The position numbers and the translations under genes are program-made. Under the pieces are notes generated by a model that saw nothing but the letters and a program-made list of their open reading frames with translations, made no database searches and had not been told where the DNA came from. From positions 248,001 through 312,000 of the forward strand of contig NW_026250409.1 in NCBI RefSeq assembly GCF_024521635.1: DNA of 64,000 nucleotides, in the 5' to 3' direction. The stretch is from Tricharina praecox (taxonomy: Eukaryota). Shown in pieces: positions 12,103 to 25,625 of the stretch. The stretch's first letter is position 1, and every line of letters starts with the position of its first letter.

Positions 12103-13262
12103 ATGTCAGACCCAGACCCAGATCTCTTCGCCAACCCGTGGTACTCATTCCATCCTTCTTCTGCCTCCTCATCCTTCTCCTCTAGCTGCTGCTCGGATTT
12201 AGAAGATCCCACCGGATCCACCGCTCTACGGAACGAGAACCACACCCTCAAATCCGAGATCCGCCGGCTACGTGCAGACCACGGGGCGCTGGGGCGGCGA
12301 TTGTGGCGGTCGTGGCGGTCGTGGCGGTCGTGAAGAGGGCTGTGGAGTATAGTAGACTGTGGGATGGGTACTGGGATGGTTTGCGGAGGGGGGTGGAGGA
12401 GTTGGTGAGGCTGGGGAGGCTGGGGGGGTTTGGGTTTGAAGATGGGGTGGGGGAGGGGGTGCCGATTGGAGAGGGGATGTGGCAGGAGCTACTAGTAGAG
12501 AGCGCCGTGCTGGCGGAGACTCGGCGAACACCCCCAGAGCTGGGAGAGCACGCCGAGCAGTGCTGCTTTGCCGCCCGCACAGTCCGACTCTTCATCTGCT
12601 GCGATAGTGATGCCAGCTGCTGCTGCGGCTGTGTAGGGGGATCGGATGGGCAACGGCAACGGCAAAGCTCCATTGGCTTTCCCTGCTACTGCTGGTGCTG
12701 CTGTTAGACCGGCGAGCTCTCTGTCGGAAAAAGTCCTCCCGTCGACATCAACGTCGAGGAAGTGAAAGTGGACGGTGCAGCTGTAGCTGTCGCTGGAACT
12801 ATTCCTGCTCCTGCGCTTGCTCCTGCTCCTGATCCTGGCAGGATGCCCGACGGTTGCTTACCAGCATCGTCGGCATCTTCCAGCTCTCCGGGAGCCACAG
12901 CCAACAATACCACACCAGTACTGGATATCCCGCCTTCATCCCCAAGCACCAGTACAACGGCCGGACCGCTGACCAGTCCGCCCGAGGACGACATACCAGC
13001 GTTTGAAAACCCAGCGATCCTACCGCTACCGACACCCGATGATCCTGCCGCGGCCTTTCCTAGTAGTGAATTTAATACAACCGTAGGGAGATCATCTTCC
13101 GCCTCATCGTTTCGCAGTTCGGTCGAGAGAAGTACACGTTTCCCGAGTTTCCCGTGTTATTCGCATAGCACAATCGCGGGAATACTTTTTAGTCCGCCGG
13201 GGTTTGGGTTTGAGGACGACTATTCCGACTGTTATACCGAAAGCTGGCAGGATGAGTGGTAG
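12103..13262 (+). pseudogene. Fragmented hypothetical gene
   Basis: Protein-like segments (coiled-coil LRNENHTLKSEIRRLRAD; WDGYWDGLRRGVEEL; P/S/A-rich tail) alternate between two frames with internal stops and no convincing introns. Confidence 0.35.
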
Positions 13263-13590
13263 CGGGTCGCGGTCGGTTTCACTATGCTATGTACGAGAAG
13301 ACCCAGTGAGGACTGCCGTAGTGTCTTGTCGGTACGGTAACGCCCAAGTGCACGATCCCTCTTTCCCAAAAATGACTACACTGTCAACTATCAACTCAAA
13401 CACTGCCGTATATACTCATTGTATTCACACATATTCACATATACTCATTATATTGACATATATACCCGTCTCAACTCTCTATTCCAATTCCTATCCCATC
13501 CAATTCAACCCAATTCCAATCCAATCCCATCAAACCAAGCAACCGTAACTCCTACTCCCGCGAAGAAAAAAATACCCCCTCCAAAACTAA

Positions 13591-15648
13591 CTACGGGCGA
13601 TAATCATCCTCGCCCTCACTGCCACTACTCACCACAAAATCGTCATCATAATCCCTCCTCCTACTGGTACTCCTGCTCCTGTTCCTCTGGTTCCTAGCAG
13701 AGTGCGTCGACGAGCTCCTCTGCCTGCTCTTCGAGGAGCTCCTAGACTTCGGCTTTGCCGATGGCGAGGAGGACGAGCTGCGCTGTCGCGATCCTGCCGC
13801 TGGGACCTTCAGACTTGCGCCGGCGCCGGCGCCGGCGTTGGTGCTGGGGGCCTGCTTCTTCGGCATGGTAGGTGCGTTCTTCTTCGGCGTGGCTGCTGGG
13901 CTGGTGGCGGCGGCGGCGGCCTTCTTCGGCGTGGTCCTTGGTGCGGCAGGGGCCTTCTTCGGTGTGGTCTGCGGGGACGGCGTCTTGGTGGTGTACATCT
14001 TGACGGGGTTTGGGCCGGGCTGGGCGGCGTTGTGGCGTTGGGGCGCATTGGGGCGGGCGGGCATCTTCGCCTTGGGGCTGGGGCCTGTGGGGTTGGACGT
14101 GGTGGCGCTGCGCTCGCCGTACGCGATCCAGCGCTTGATCACCTCGTCGACGGCTAGGATCCCCTCGCGGGACGCCTCGACTTCGAACCACTCCTGGTGC
14201 GTCTTGCCGCAGGTTTCGCAGTTCTTTTTGGGGTTTGCGCCGGGCGTGGCGGATAGCTCGAGGTGGATCAGACGCTCGATCCGGTTGCAGTTGGGCGCTT
14301 TGCGCGCGACGATGGGGCTTTCCCCCGGAGAGGACGCGGACGTGTGGGGGTAGTACCGGATCAGGGCGAGGTTGTAGCCGCACTGGCTGGTCCATTGGTG
14401 CAGACGGCGCTGGACGTTAACCGCGCGGCCGATCTTGAAGAGAAGTTTGGGGCGTGTGCCGCCAGGGGTTGGGACTGCGTTGAGGGCGGCGCGCATGAGA
14501 CGGTCTGAGGCGGTGTTGCTGCGGCCTCCAGCGGAGGGGGTGGCGGCGGTAGAGCCAGAGGGCGTAGAGAAGGGGGAGAGAGGGGAGTCGGTCAGCCAGA
14601 ACATGTAGATGTAGCCTGGCTCGTCTTTGTCGGAGAAGGGCTTCAGCAGCTCTTGCTGGAGGCGGCCCAGACCCCTAGGGTGAACAGTCTTTGGAATGAG
14701 TTTGAGAACTAAAGGATGTCAGTCATGTGGATCCAAGGTGAAGACCGAGGGAAACTCACGGTGTTGCTGCTCCTTCGTCAAGCTCTTCACATCGATCTCC
14801 GGCACATCCTCCACATCATCATCAGCCATCGGTGTCGCCGGACTGAGACCCATGCCGACCGCCTTGGATGCTTTTGTCGCCGGCACCGGCGCATTCTTCA
14901 CTATAGCGCTCGCCGGGTGTTTCGGCAGATACATCATCGGCAGCGGCGGAGTAGGTGGCACGCTCTTAAACGCAACCGCCTTATTATCGGCCTTCTTCGC
15001 TCGCGCAGGTGGTGTCGGGAAGGTTTCGTCGACCACAGCTGCAGCCGCTGATCTCAGTTCCGCCTCCCGCCTTCGTGCAGACCAGTTCTTCTCGTCCTCG
15101 GGATCGTCGTCCGACCCCATGCAGCACCCAAAAAACAACCTCTTCAAAAGGCTCGGCTGCTTCTTCTTCGGCTTCGGCCGTCCACTAGGCGGACTCGGTG
15201 GCCGCGGTGTAGCCGCCCCGCCAACCTCCTCCTCATCGTAGTCCTTAAGAACCGGCTTGAACGGGTCCTTCTCGCGCGGCACCTTTTTCGTCGTGCTAAC
15301 CACTGTGGTCTGTATCGTCTGTCCTCCGCTGTCGCCGCCGCCGACCAGCAACTCCACCTGCTCAATAAGCGTGTCCATGCTCCCGCGGCCGACGAGAGCC
15401 CTCCTACGCGCAAACGACGCGGTATGCCGCAGCACCACCTCTTTCGCCTGGTCCTGGTGGCGCGCACAGAAGTACGCCTGTTGCTTGCCGACGATGGTGA
15501 TCACGCCGGACTCGGGGTCGCCCGAGGACGAGCGCACGAGCGTGCGCTTGCACGGCTTGCCGTCGTTGCTGACCCCGCGGCAGACGGTGGGCGGCGCCGG
15601 TGAGAGGATTGCCGCGTGAGATTCGGGCGTGTTGGGTACGAACGGCAT
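13591..15648 (-). CDS. T5orf172/Mug113 (GIY-YIG-like, DUF1766) domain protein with N-terminal C3H zinc-finger-like motif
   Basis: MPFVPNTPES start; CRGVSNDGKPCKR...FCARH; intron 14709-14759; KDEPGYIYMFWL...LFKIGRAVNVQRRLHQWTSQCGY...RIERLIHLEL...CETCGKTHQEWFEV. Confidence 0.8.
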
Positions 15649-16655
15649 GTTGGGTTGTGGTGGGCTCGGGGTTCCTGTCGAGTCCGAGGTCGAGTTCGAG
15701 GGAGGGACTTAAAGAAGGAAGGGTGGCAGCCAGCGCTATGTATATATTCTATTGCTCGGAACGGCGCAGCAGTAGAAGCAGTCATCAGTTATCGGTCCAT
15801 CCCATCCCATGCCATGCCATCCCATCCGACGTTTGCGAGCCGACGCACGTTTCAAGCAGCAATGTAGGGCGGCGGCAGTGTGTCAATGGCTTTGCTCTCG
15901 GTCCCTGGCAGCGCTGCAACCCTGGTAGACTGGTACCTGGTGGACATCCTTGCGATTGGTCCTGGGCGGGACAGCACTGCCATTGGAATGTTAGCCCCAG
16001 CCACGTTGCTCCTGGGGGATCCGCCTGACGCGGACCACGTTCGCTCGCAAGGGAAAAAACGGAGAAGGTGGCTCTGTTGGTGGGTGGCTTGACGACTCAC
16101 ACAAGAATGTGTTGGAGATGTGTGATGTCAAGTGCTCCCGGATAGCTCGGTCGGTCGGTTGAGATGTGGATGGCATGACATGGCGGGTCTGGGGGCCATG
16201 GGTGCCTGGATAGCTAACTCCCGGCGCAGGCTCTAGATCTCGACGTGTAGAGTACTCTAGGTAGTTCATTAGCACGGGTTGAGCTCTATGTATGATGTAG
16301 TTACCTATGTAGGGTACCGTATGCACATAGGTGGCAGGTGAAGACAACGGGAGATTTTGATGCACCGCGGAGCTTCGGAGATCTAGATGGATGTAGCTGC
16401 GATGATGCCGTGTCTCATCGAGCATGGCACGTAGATAGAGTAGATACATAGAATTCAAGTTACCGAGTTTCGTTCGTTCCTGCGCTTGCAAGCGACGTGA
16501 CCACTGACCACCCTTCGCGGCAAGCACAAGCTTCCTCCGCGTTCGCTGATGTCGTCTGCCACCGCCTAACCGCCCCGCAGCGCGCAGCCCACAGCTAATC
16601 GCCCCACCAAACCTGCCCCTCTATAGAGTAGCAGCGAAAATGCTATGACACGACA

Positions 16656-18165
16656 ATGAGCGACCTGCGCAAATCCTTCCTCAAGTCCAAACTGCAGCAT
16701 CTCCCACGGTCGCCGCCGATGCCGACCACACACCCACTATCAGACCTGTCCGCGTTCGACGAGGAGGAGGAGGAGGGGCTGGAGCTGGAGTATGACGAGG
16801 GAACTCTGCCGCCGCCGTCTCCGCTGTTGTCGGATTCGAGCTCCGCGTCGAGCGCGTCGAGTACAGGCACCATCAAGCCGCTGTTCTCGCGGCCGGCGCA
16901 GTACTCCCTCCCCCTCCCCCTCCCCCTCCCTCCACACTGCTACAGCTAACACAAGCAGACCACGGAAGAAACCAACCTTCGAGCCCATCCCGTGGCAAGC
17001 GCACTTCTCGCTCTCCCTTCACCTGACGCCCCCCGACTCGCCCGAAACCTCTTACCACGCGTACCTCACCCCGCCCCTCCCCAGCGGCCCCCTCTTCGTC
17101 TTCCACCACGGCGCGGGCTCGTCTGGTCTCTCCAGCGCTTTACTCGCGACCTCGATCCGCCGCCTCCTCCCCAGCGCGGGGATCCTCTCTCCGGACTGCC
17201 GCGGGCACGGGGAGACACATACCCCGTCGGACAACGACCTGTCACTACCCACGCTCACCAGCGACCTGTACAGCACCATCCAGCTCACGGCCACCCAGCA
17301 GAACTGGCCCACGCTCCCACCGCTAGTACTGATCGGCCACTCCCTCGGCGGCGCGGTAGTAGTGAGCCTCGCCGCCTCCCGTCAGCTCGGCGACGCCCTC
17401 CTGGGATACGCCGTGATCGACGTGGTCGAGGGCTCCGCGATCGACGCGCTCACTAGCATGTCCACCTACCTGCACAGCCGCCCCACGAGCTTCAGCTCGC
17501 TCAGCCACGGGATAGAGTGGCACACGCGTTCGCGGACGTTGCGCAACCCCACGTCCGCGCGGATCTCGGTGCCCGCGCTGCTCGTTCCCTCCCCCGCCCC
17601 CAACCCCAGCTCCCCCACCACCCCCATCACAACTAGTTATACATGGCGCACTGACCTCTCCTCCACGCAGCCGTTCTGGCAAACGTGGTTCACCGGGCTG
17701 TCATCGCGGTTCCTGACCGCGCCGGGCGGGAAACTGCTGCTGCTCGCAGGCACGGATCGCCTCGATAAGGAGCTGATGATCGGGCAGATGCAAGGGAAGT
17801 ATCAGCTCCTCGTCCTGCCAGAGGTCGGGCACTTTGTACATGAGGACGCGCCAGAGAGGGTGGCGGCTGCGGTATGTACTCGATCTCTTGTTTTTTGTTG
17901 CTCGAGCAAGAGCTGGAGCTCGAGCTCGGGATGGGGGTGGATGGGGGTGGATGTGGATGTGAAGTGGATGATGGGGGCTAATATGTGTGCTGTGGTGGGA
18001 CAGTTGGTCGAGTTCTACAAGCGGAATGATAGGAGCGTGCTCGTTTTGCCGCCGAAAGTTGGGGCGTCGGGAGGAGGAGCGGGAGTGGGTGGTGCGGCGG
18101 GCGCGGGTGCGGGCGTGCAGAGTCCGTACTTGCCCGCGGCCGGGAAACATTACACTTCCATCTAG
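16656..18165 (+). CDS. PPE1: Protein phosphatase 2A methylesterase 1 (alpha/beta hydrolase)
   Basis: Introns 16901-16958 and 17872-18003; FHHGAGSSGLS, GHSLGG nucleophile motif, DVVEGSA, LLLLAGTDRLDKELMIGQMQGKYQL, GHFVHED. Confidence 0.93.
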
Positions 18166-18984
18166 ATACCTCCATCTAGATCCATGGATCAAAATGGGCA
18201 GATATTACTGAAGCACAAGCCCGTTTATTTCCCTCCCCTCCATTGCTCCCTCCCTCCGTCCCGCGCGGGATGGAAAAGCAAATAAAAAAGCACATGGGAA
18301 AGACGGTGTTGGCGTTGAAGTTTGATGACTGTTGGACCGTTGGACCGTTGACTGGCCTGACCGTTAGCTAGGCCGAGCCGCAGGCCGTGGGGCCGAATCA
18401 TGGAAACGAGGAAACGAGGCCATAGCGTTCCCGCCCGCCCGCCCTCCCGCATGATTTACCCACATAGCCCAACCCCTCGCAGAATCACGTTCAGCCAGTT
18501 CGTTTACTTTGTATGTGGTATGTGATATCTTCAAATTCGTTACAGTTATGTTTGTGAGTGAAAAAGCAAGTACGCCACGCCCCCGCCCCGCCCCCCAAGC
18601 AAGCAAGCAACCAAACAACCAAGCAGCCAAACAACCAAACAACCAAATCCAATCCAATCCAATCCAATCGATCCCCCAGCCCAGTTCCCACCACCGAATC
18701 AATGCACAAACAAAAAAAAAGTAGTGTTACAACATGTTTGCCCCCCCTCCCGCTCCCGCCCCGAATCACCCCGCCAGAAACAGCATGTGGATAAATAAAC
18801 AAAAAAGGAAAGGATAGAGAAAAATGTACAGCAAAAGCGGAAGCCGAATGCTATTCGTCAAAGGCTTCACAGGATATCATGAGAAAGGAGGAATACAGAA
18901 GAATGTGCAGTTGAACAAAGCCATAGGAAAAAAAGAATAGTTGAAAAATGAATGTGAAGTGGAAGTGGAAACGAGAACGCGAAA

Positions 18985-19803
18985 TCAGTTCCTGGGCAGG
19001 ATCCTGCGGTGCGAGTAAAGGTTGTGACGACCGATGCGCTTCCGCCTGTCCTTGAGCGAGATGTTTCCGAGCAGACTCTCCCACCGCTTTCCAACGCTGT
19101 GGCCGTCCCCCTTCCCGAGCGAGCGCGCACACTCCTCCCAATCGTTCTTGCTGAGCTGCAGCTTTCCAAGCACTAATTCCACGAGCTGCCGGTCGTCGTC
19201 CGAAGTCCAGCTCATATACTCGTCGTCGTCGTTGTCGGCCAGCAGCCCTCGCACGCCACGGTTGGGTGCGGGAGGAGGTGTGGTCGGGCGCACACGTTTA
19301 CGCGGCGGCGGGGTCGCGAAGCGGTCGGTTCGGCGGTTGAAATCTTTGTCCGAGTTGTCGCTCTCCTCGTCCATGGGTGATGAGTCGAAGGCAGCCGAAC
19401 GCGTGCGCTTGTTCGACAAACGTGCAACAAGTACCGGTGCCTTTGGTAGTGTCGGTGGTGGGGGTGGAGCGGACAATACTCGCGACGAAGTAGCGCGTCG
19501 GACCGGTGTCCGTGGGGGTTCCTGGGCAGACGCGTGTGTAGAACGACGGTTGTTCTTCGCGACGGTTGTTTGTGCCGACGCGATGGTGAGGGCCATTGAC
19601 ACGGGCGCAGGTGATTGCCTGTCGCCGCCCGAGAGGATCTGCTGGAGTCTCCGACACGTCGACATCAAGCCAGTGGTAGTCGCCGACACGATTCCCGTCT
19701 CCTCAACAGGTGGTGAACGGTAAGATGGAGGCGCGACGATGACCGAAGAACGCGCCAACGAAGGCGCGAGAAACTCGCAAGGAAGGGCGGAAGGCAAAAG
19801 CAT
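18985..19803 (-). CDS. Fungal hypothetical protein with C-terminal Myb/SANT-like motif
   Basis: 272-aa single-exon ORF; WTSDDDRQLVELVLGKLQLSKNDWEECARSLGKGDGHSVGKRWESL has Myb-like Trp spacing. Confidence 0.7.
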   Translation of the reverse strand: MLLPSALPCEFLAPSLARSSVIVAPPSYRSPPVEETGIVSATTTGLMSTCRRLQQILSGGDRQSPAPVSMALTIASAQTTVAKNNRRSTHASAQEPPRTPVRRATSSRVLSAPPPPPTLPKAPVLVARLSNKRTRSAAFDSSPMDEESDNSDKDFNRRTDRFATPPPRKRVRPTTPPPAPNRGVRGLLADNDDDEYMSWTSDDDRQLVELVLGKLQLSKNDWEECARSLGKGDGHSVGKRWESLLGNISLKDRRKRIGRHNLYSHRRILPRN

Positions 19804-22519
19804 TGCTGTGACGCGCGCGCGATTATCGGGTAGAAGGTATGTGTTTGTAGATTGTATGCGGACGAGAATGGCAGCTCTGTCCGAGATGGTTATTTTTCTT
19901 TATGAAGGGTAGTTGTTGTTATTGTTGTTGTTGTTGGCAGGGTGGTTGGGGGTAGAAGTGGTAGTGGTAGTGGTGGTGGTAGTAGTGGTAGTGATGATGG
20001 TGAGTTGGGGGTAGGCGAGGGGAATGTAGTTTAGGATTCGCGAAAAGTATGCAGTGCGCGGACAGAGATTTTTGTGCGTTGGCGGATGACTGCAGGGAGC
20101 GACAAAGCGGACGGGACGGGGGGGCTTGGAGGGGGGGGTAGTGAACAGCACAGACGGACGAAACGCGTTGTCGGGGGGAGGTGGAGGTGGAGGTGGGTGG
20201 AGGATGATCTGAGAGCACTGGACGTGGATACTGGATAGCTGTGACAAGTGGCAGGCGTTGGACTACTTTAGAAGCGGTCGGAGTGGCAGCAGCGGCGGCA
20301 GCAGCAGCAGCAGCGATCAGGATCTCGATTCAGCGCGAAAAGGGACGATAAGACGTGTAAAGGAAAGGCGGTGGCCGGGTGGGGATCAAGAACGAGTGTA
20401 TGTAAGAATGTACGAAAGTAGAAATATGTATGTTTGATGCAGGTGATGGCTGAAGAGGTTAAAGTCGAGTGAGTAGAGCACGTAGTACGTGTTGATGTGG
20501 GTGTGATGTAAGTGCTGGGTTGATGATTGGTTGGTTGGCTGGATGGTTTGTGTATGGGTTGTATGGTTTGTATGCAGGTGGAGAGGAGTGAGGTCGGAGG
20601 AGGAGGAGGAGGGGAGGAAGGGAGGAGCGCGTTTGGTCGGAGGACTGGGGAGAAAGAAGATGGTTGGTTGGAAGGGGAGCTGGGGGGGGGGGGGGGGGTG
20701 ATGGCTGGGATAACTATGGGGTGGTGTGTGTGTGGATTATCTCTGGGGGTGACAGGATTTGGTGATGGGGGCGGCGACACCAGACAGACAGACAGAGGAG
20801 AGACACTGGGAAGGACGATGGTTGGGCACGAGTCGAGGAAATGTCCGAGAAAGGGAATTTAGGGGCTGCTTGACGCAACCGAAAAAAGAGTACGCTAGTT
20901 TGGGAGCTATTAGTTCGCAATCACGCCCGAAGTGGACGGCATGGCGCCGAAAACGGCGGCAAGCAACAACAACAGCTTCTCTTTTTGGAAGGCCGTGTGT
21001 GTGTGTGCGGAGCGAGGCGAGCGAGCGAGCGAGCGAGTGGCCATGACGAGTGACGGACGCGAGCGACGAGAGCGCGCGCAGTCGAGGAGGACGAGGGGGG
21101 GGGGCAACGGAGCAAAAGGAGCAGGAGGAGGTGGCTGGCAGGCAAGTGCGGTTTCATGATTCAACCGGCGATAAAATCGATTGCAAAATTGCTTCTTATG
21201 CAGGTCGGCTTTTCGCCAATGCGAGGTGGATCACACAACACACACACAGACGGAAGCCGCATGGCCGGAAGCTTGCGGGATGGGGGGTGGGGGGGGGGGG
21301 AAGAGGGGTATGATACATGTGTACGTGCTGGCGGCGGCGGTGTTGGCAGGAGAGGGAATGAGGGATAACAGAAGGGAAACATGCGTCATGTGGGAATAAG
21401 AGTCCCCCTGCCCGACTCGACGCGTCGTGCACGACTCGTGGGTGTGGTGGTGAAGATGATGGAATGTGCCCCCCCGGGGGAATGCTAGGTATCCACGCGA
21501 ACATCATCATCATCAGAGACATCGTCAGATCGTGAAGACAAGTGACATCGAGTAAGGGAGGGGTCCGTGTGTTGATTATGACTGCACTGCAACGGCGGCT
21601 ATGCCGCTTGCAACGAAAAAGAAGCACGGGGGAGAGAATGTCGCGGATCAAAGAAGCAAGCACCCTCAACCTTAATCGCGGGTGTTGATTTCCACCATCA
21701 CCGCCATCAATCGCCCTACCTTCGCGATTACCCTTCAATTACGCCCCACAACCGTCAAACTTGCAGCATGACGATACCGGAGACTTCATTCTTCTTCTTC
21801 TTCTTCCTCTTCCTCTTCACCACCCTCATCATCCATTCCCCTTCATCTCTACAACCCCGATAGAAAACAACACTCCCATTCGCCTACAGCTGCAGCACAA
21901 TGAACGCCGAACCCCCCATCTCCTCTCCGCGCCTGTCGATGGCCTCCACCCTCGAATCAGCCATCCACAGATGCGACTCAACGAGCAGCGACGACCTGCT
22001 CGAGCGCAAGCGTTATACCCCGCTCTCGAAGAAGGTGCACCTCCATTCCCCTCTTTCCACTCTCCAGCCCATATTCCAGCCCCCCTCCCAACGATGCATG
22101 CATCTCGTTTGCTCTGTGTTACATACCCTAAACCCACCTACGGTCCTACATACGGCGGCCTCTAAAAAAAGAACCGTCGCGAATTCGTCGTTCGAGCCTC
22201 CTCTAGCTCTTTTTCCCTTTTTCCCTTTTTCCCTTTTTCCCTTTTTCCCTTTTTCCCCTTCTCGCTTTCTCGCAAAGTCAAGTTCGCTAACGTCAATCCG
22301 GGGGCTCGATCCCGAGTCCCGCCCCGTCTCGGCCCAACTACTACTTGTTCTTCATCGCCGGCCTTTTCCTCCCAGGGATTCCCTAGCTATACGCCATCGT
22401 CGTGTTTCTCGTCTTGCGTCCGCGTCCACGGACGGCACCCGCCGCCGAAGAAGACCTCGAGAAACAATCCCCCACCAGCACCACCGCCGAAGGAACGGAG
22501 AATGAGGAGGGGAGGGTGA

Positions 22520-22638
22520 GGGGGAGAGGAAGAGGGAGAGGGAGAGGGAGAGGGAGAGGGAGAGGGAGAGGGAGAGGGAGAGGGAGAGGGAGATAGGGAG
22601 ATAGGGAGATAGGGAGAGGGAGAGGGAGAGGGAGAGGG
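22520..22638 (+). repeat. (GGAGAG)n purine microsatellite
   Basis: Directly visible, with GGAGATAG variants. Confidence 0.9.
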
Positions 22639-23815
22639 AACGCGAAGACCGCTACTGGGCCTGGCTGTGCCTCGGAGCCCTCGCCGCTGTTGTCGCCGGC
22701 ATCGTCGTTTTTGACGGAAACAGGAGACGGTTGCCGGGGGCGGTGTCGGTGTTTGGAGGCAGGGCGGCTGCTGATACATAACTGGAGCAGAGCACACGCT
22801 CTCGTGGGAGGCGTTTGGGGGGGTGAACTAGCTGCTTAGCGGAGGACAGCACAATATGAAGCCCTAGTTAAGGGAATGGTAATAGTAGTAATGGTAATAA
22901 TTTGGGCGCAAATAATAATTGCAACTTGCAAGGAAATAAATCCCTGGATATTCTAGAGTCGATATGTAGCACTCTATATAAATGCACCGTCTGTGCACAA
23001 ACCTGTGATGGCTCTTGCAGAAATTAAACTATCTGGCGCGCCGCGCGCACGAGTGGGGTGGCGCGGAGTGGACTGTGGAGCGTGTGTGCTCGGACGCTCT
23101 CGGCCGGCCGCCCGGCCAGCGATGAATCCTTGATTGATTGTGCACGCTTGGACCAAAGCTTCTTTCGTCCGCACTGCGCAGCGGCGGAGTGGGGGAGAGG
23201 GGGCAATGTCCGCCCTCCCGCGTGGAAAGGTATGCCCGCTTGTATCGGAGCAACAAATGTTTGAGACATGGAGTACTATACACAGCTAGCTTCGGCGTGC
23301 TTCTCTGATCTGAGTCCTGACGGACGATGGTTTGGTAATTTTGTTGAAACATCGTATGTGTAGTAGCATTCGACCTTTGTCCGTTTCCGCCCCACTTCGA
23401 CGACGGACGACGACGGACGATGGATGATGATGTGGGGTTCGGAATCGGAGGGTAGAGAGGGAAGAAATCTATTGTCGCATGCGGCCTTACTAGAGTCCAG
23501 ACTATGGCACTCCTATCATCCATGGTTTTGTAACTTTTGTTTGATTATCCATGGTGATGGATGGTGACGGAACTTGGAAACTCGCGTTGAAAAGCGAATC
23601 GCGAGTGACTTAATGTGCTCTAACTACACACACGTCCGCCGTATGATACCGTATAATACTACACCTCGATTGAGGGTTCAGGTTTCCAGTTTGGGGGATT
23701 TAGAGCATGCTGTGTATGGTACATACGGCACATGAATGATGAAGCATTGAAGCTTCCCAATTCCCTATGTGGTGGTGACTGGTCAAAAAACTCGGGAAAT
23801 GAAATAAGGGTCTGG

Positions 23816-23854
<39 letters not shown>

Positions 23855-24952
23855 TGGATGATGTGTATCACTTCTGGTGCAGTGGTGTCTTCCTAAGTTA
23901 GATATAACTACGAGCACTCAATCGCTAGAATGATATCTACTTGAAGCCGGACATCGTATGTAGCAAAATGCGAATCTTCAACTCCACTATGCTATGAAAA
24001 CTATGTGTATCAGAAAGTACTCTACAGCAACGGAGCCATTCCACCACACCACACGTCAATGTAAGTCCCGTCGGAGGGCGGGTGGGGCGAGCTGGCGAGC
24101 AGGGGAAGCCCCACCGTTTGTTGACCTCCACAGGTACCGGTATCCGTATACGGTATCCATGACAACCCACCACGAGAAATCAATTACCGAACTCTTCTTC
24201 CCCACCGCGCCGAGGACCTCCGGCTGCATACTACATAGGCGTCGCATCGAGGAAGCGGTAAGTACGTAGCCTGTAATACGGTAACGGCCTGTCCCGTCGA
24301 CCCCACGCCTTCGTCTCCCCCCTTCACCCCAGCCCTTCGCGTGCACGCCGCTTATCTCGCCCCCCAGACTTGTAGGCCGTTGGGATATGCGGCTACGTAG
24401 CGCCCCCTCCACCGCTGCCGCCCGTGGACGCCGTGGGTGCCGTAGGAATTGGCTTGAGCGACGACGGGGGAGGAGCCGGTCAGTGCGGTGGTTTGGCGGG
24501 GTGATGGTGGTGGGGTCCCTGGGGGACTATGGAGGTTTTGGACGGATGGCGGGATGATGTGCGATGCGGGAACTACATGATCGATATCTAGTGCTGCCAA
24601 GAGGATCTGATCTCCCATGCCCAGGGTGGGTTTGTGGTTCATTCGAGACATGCACCCAAGTACCGTAGATCGAGTACCGGTATGTATCTATACGAGCGAG
24701 ACTTTCTTGATCTCCGTCTCCATGGCGAGACCTATACTCTTGCTTCAACAATTCCACGGCATCTCGGGAAAATCGAGCAGACAACCATGTCGACTCTCGA
24801 GGGAGCAACCAGAAAAACCGCGGCGCCATGCCACTGTAGATATGTACGTCATCCGCATCCATGCACCTTGCGTCACCGCTACCCCATAAGAGCGCGTGTC
24901 CGCGGCGGAAACCCTTTCTCCAGCAACAACCTTCACCAACACGATCGCAACA

Positions 24953-25625
24953 ATGTCTCTCCCGGGAACCGCCAGCGTCACAAAGTACCTTGACATGCTC
25001 GTCACCCCCGAGCTACGCCAGCGAATACTCGCGCAGCTGTTGGGTTTCGTGCTCGATAAGCCTTACCATGCTGTTCGTTCCCTCTCCCGGAGAAAAAAAC
25101 GAGCCGGAACAGAAGCAGTAGACTGATGTGAATCGCAGTCCTTCCTGGCGACATTCCTCTTCTTCGCGTTCGTCCCGCTGCTGGGCTTGATAGTATTCCT
25201 AGTGTCGCTGGCGGTGGTTCTTGTTGCCACGGCGGTATTCTGGATCGGTGTCGCATGTCCGTACTCTCCCTCCCCTCTTACCGCGGGAGTGCCAGCTGAT
25301 GAAGGGATAACTAGTGCTCATAACCGCCTCGTTCCTTGCTGTCGCCGCCCTGCTGGCAACGGGGACGTACCTCTACCTCGTGGGGATATTCCTTGCCGGA
25401 CGGTGGGTGCGGCGCACATTCTTCCCCGCATCGGATGCGAAGGTGCAGGAGGTTAAGCAGCGGGTGCAGCAGAGGTTGCAGGTGCCTACCATCAAGGAGG
25501 AGGTGCTCAATGACGAGGGATCGGACTCGGGGGCTACGACGCCGATTGATAAAAAGGAACCTGGCGCTCCCGAGGATGAGGAGAGGGATAAGATGAGGAG
25601 AGATATTGCAAAGAGTTTGAAGTAG
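24953..25625 (+). CDS. Small hydrophobic membrane protein, promethin/LDAF1-like
   Basis: Introns 25073-25138 and 25257-25314; long hydrophobic hairpin SFLATFLFFAFVPLLGLIVFLVSLAVVLVATAVFWIGVALLITASFLAVAALLATGTYLYL; family assignment is inferred from architecture. Confidence 0.6.
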
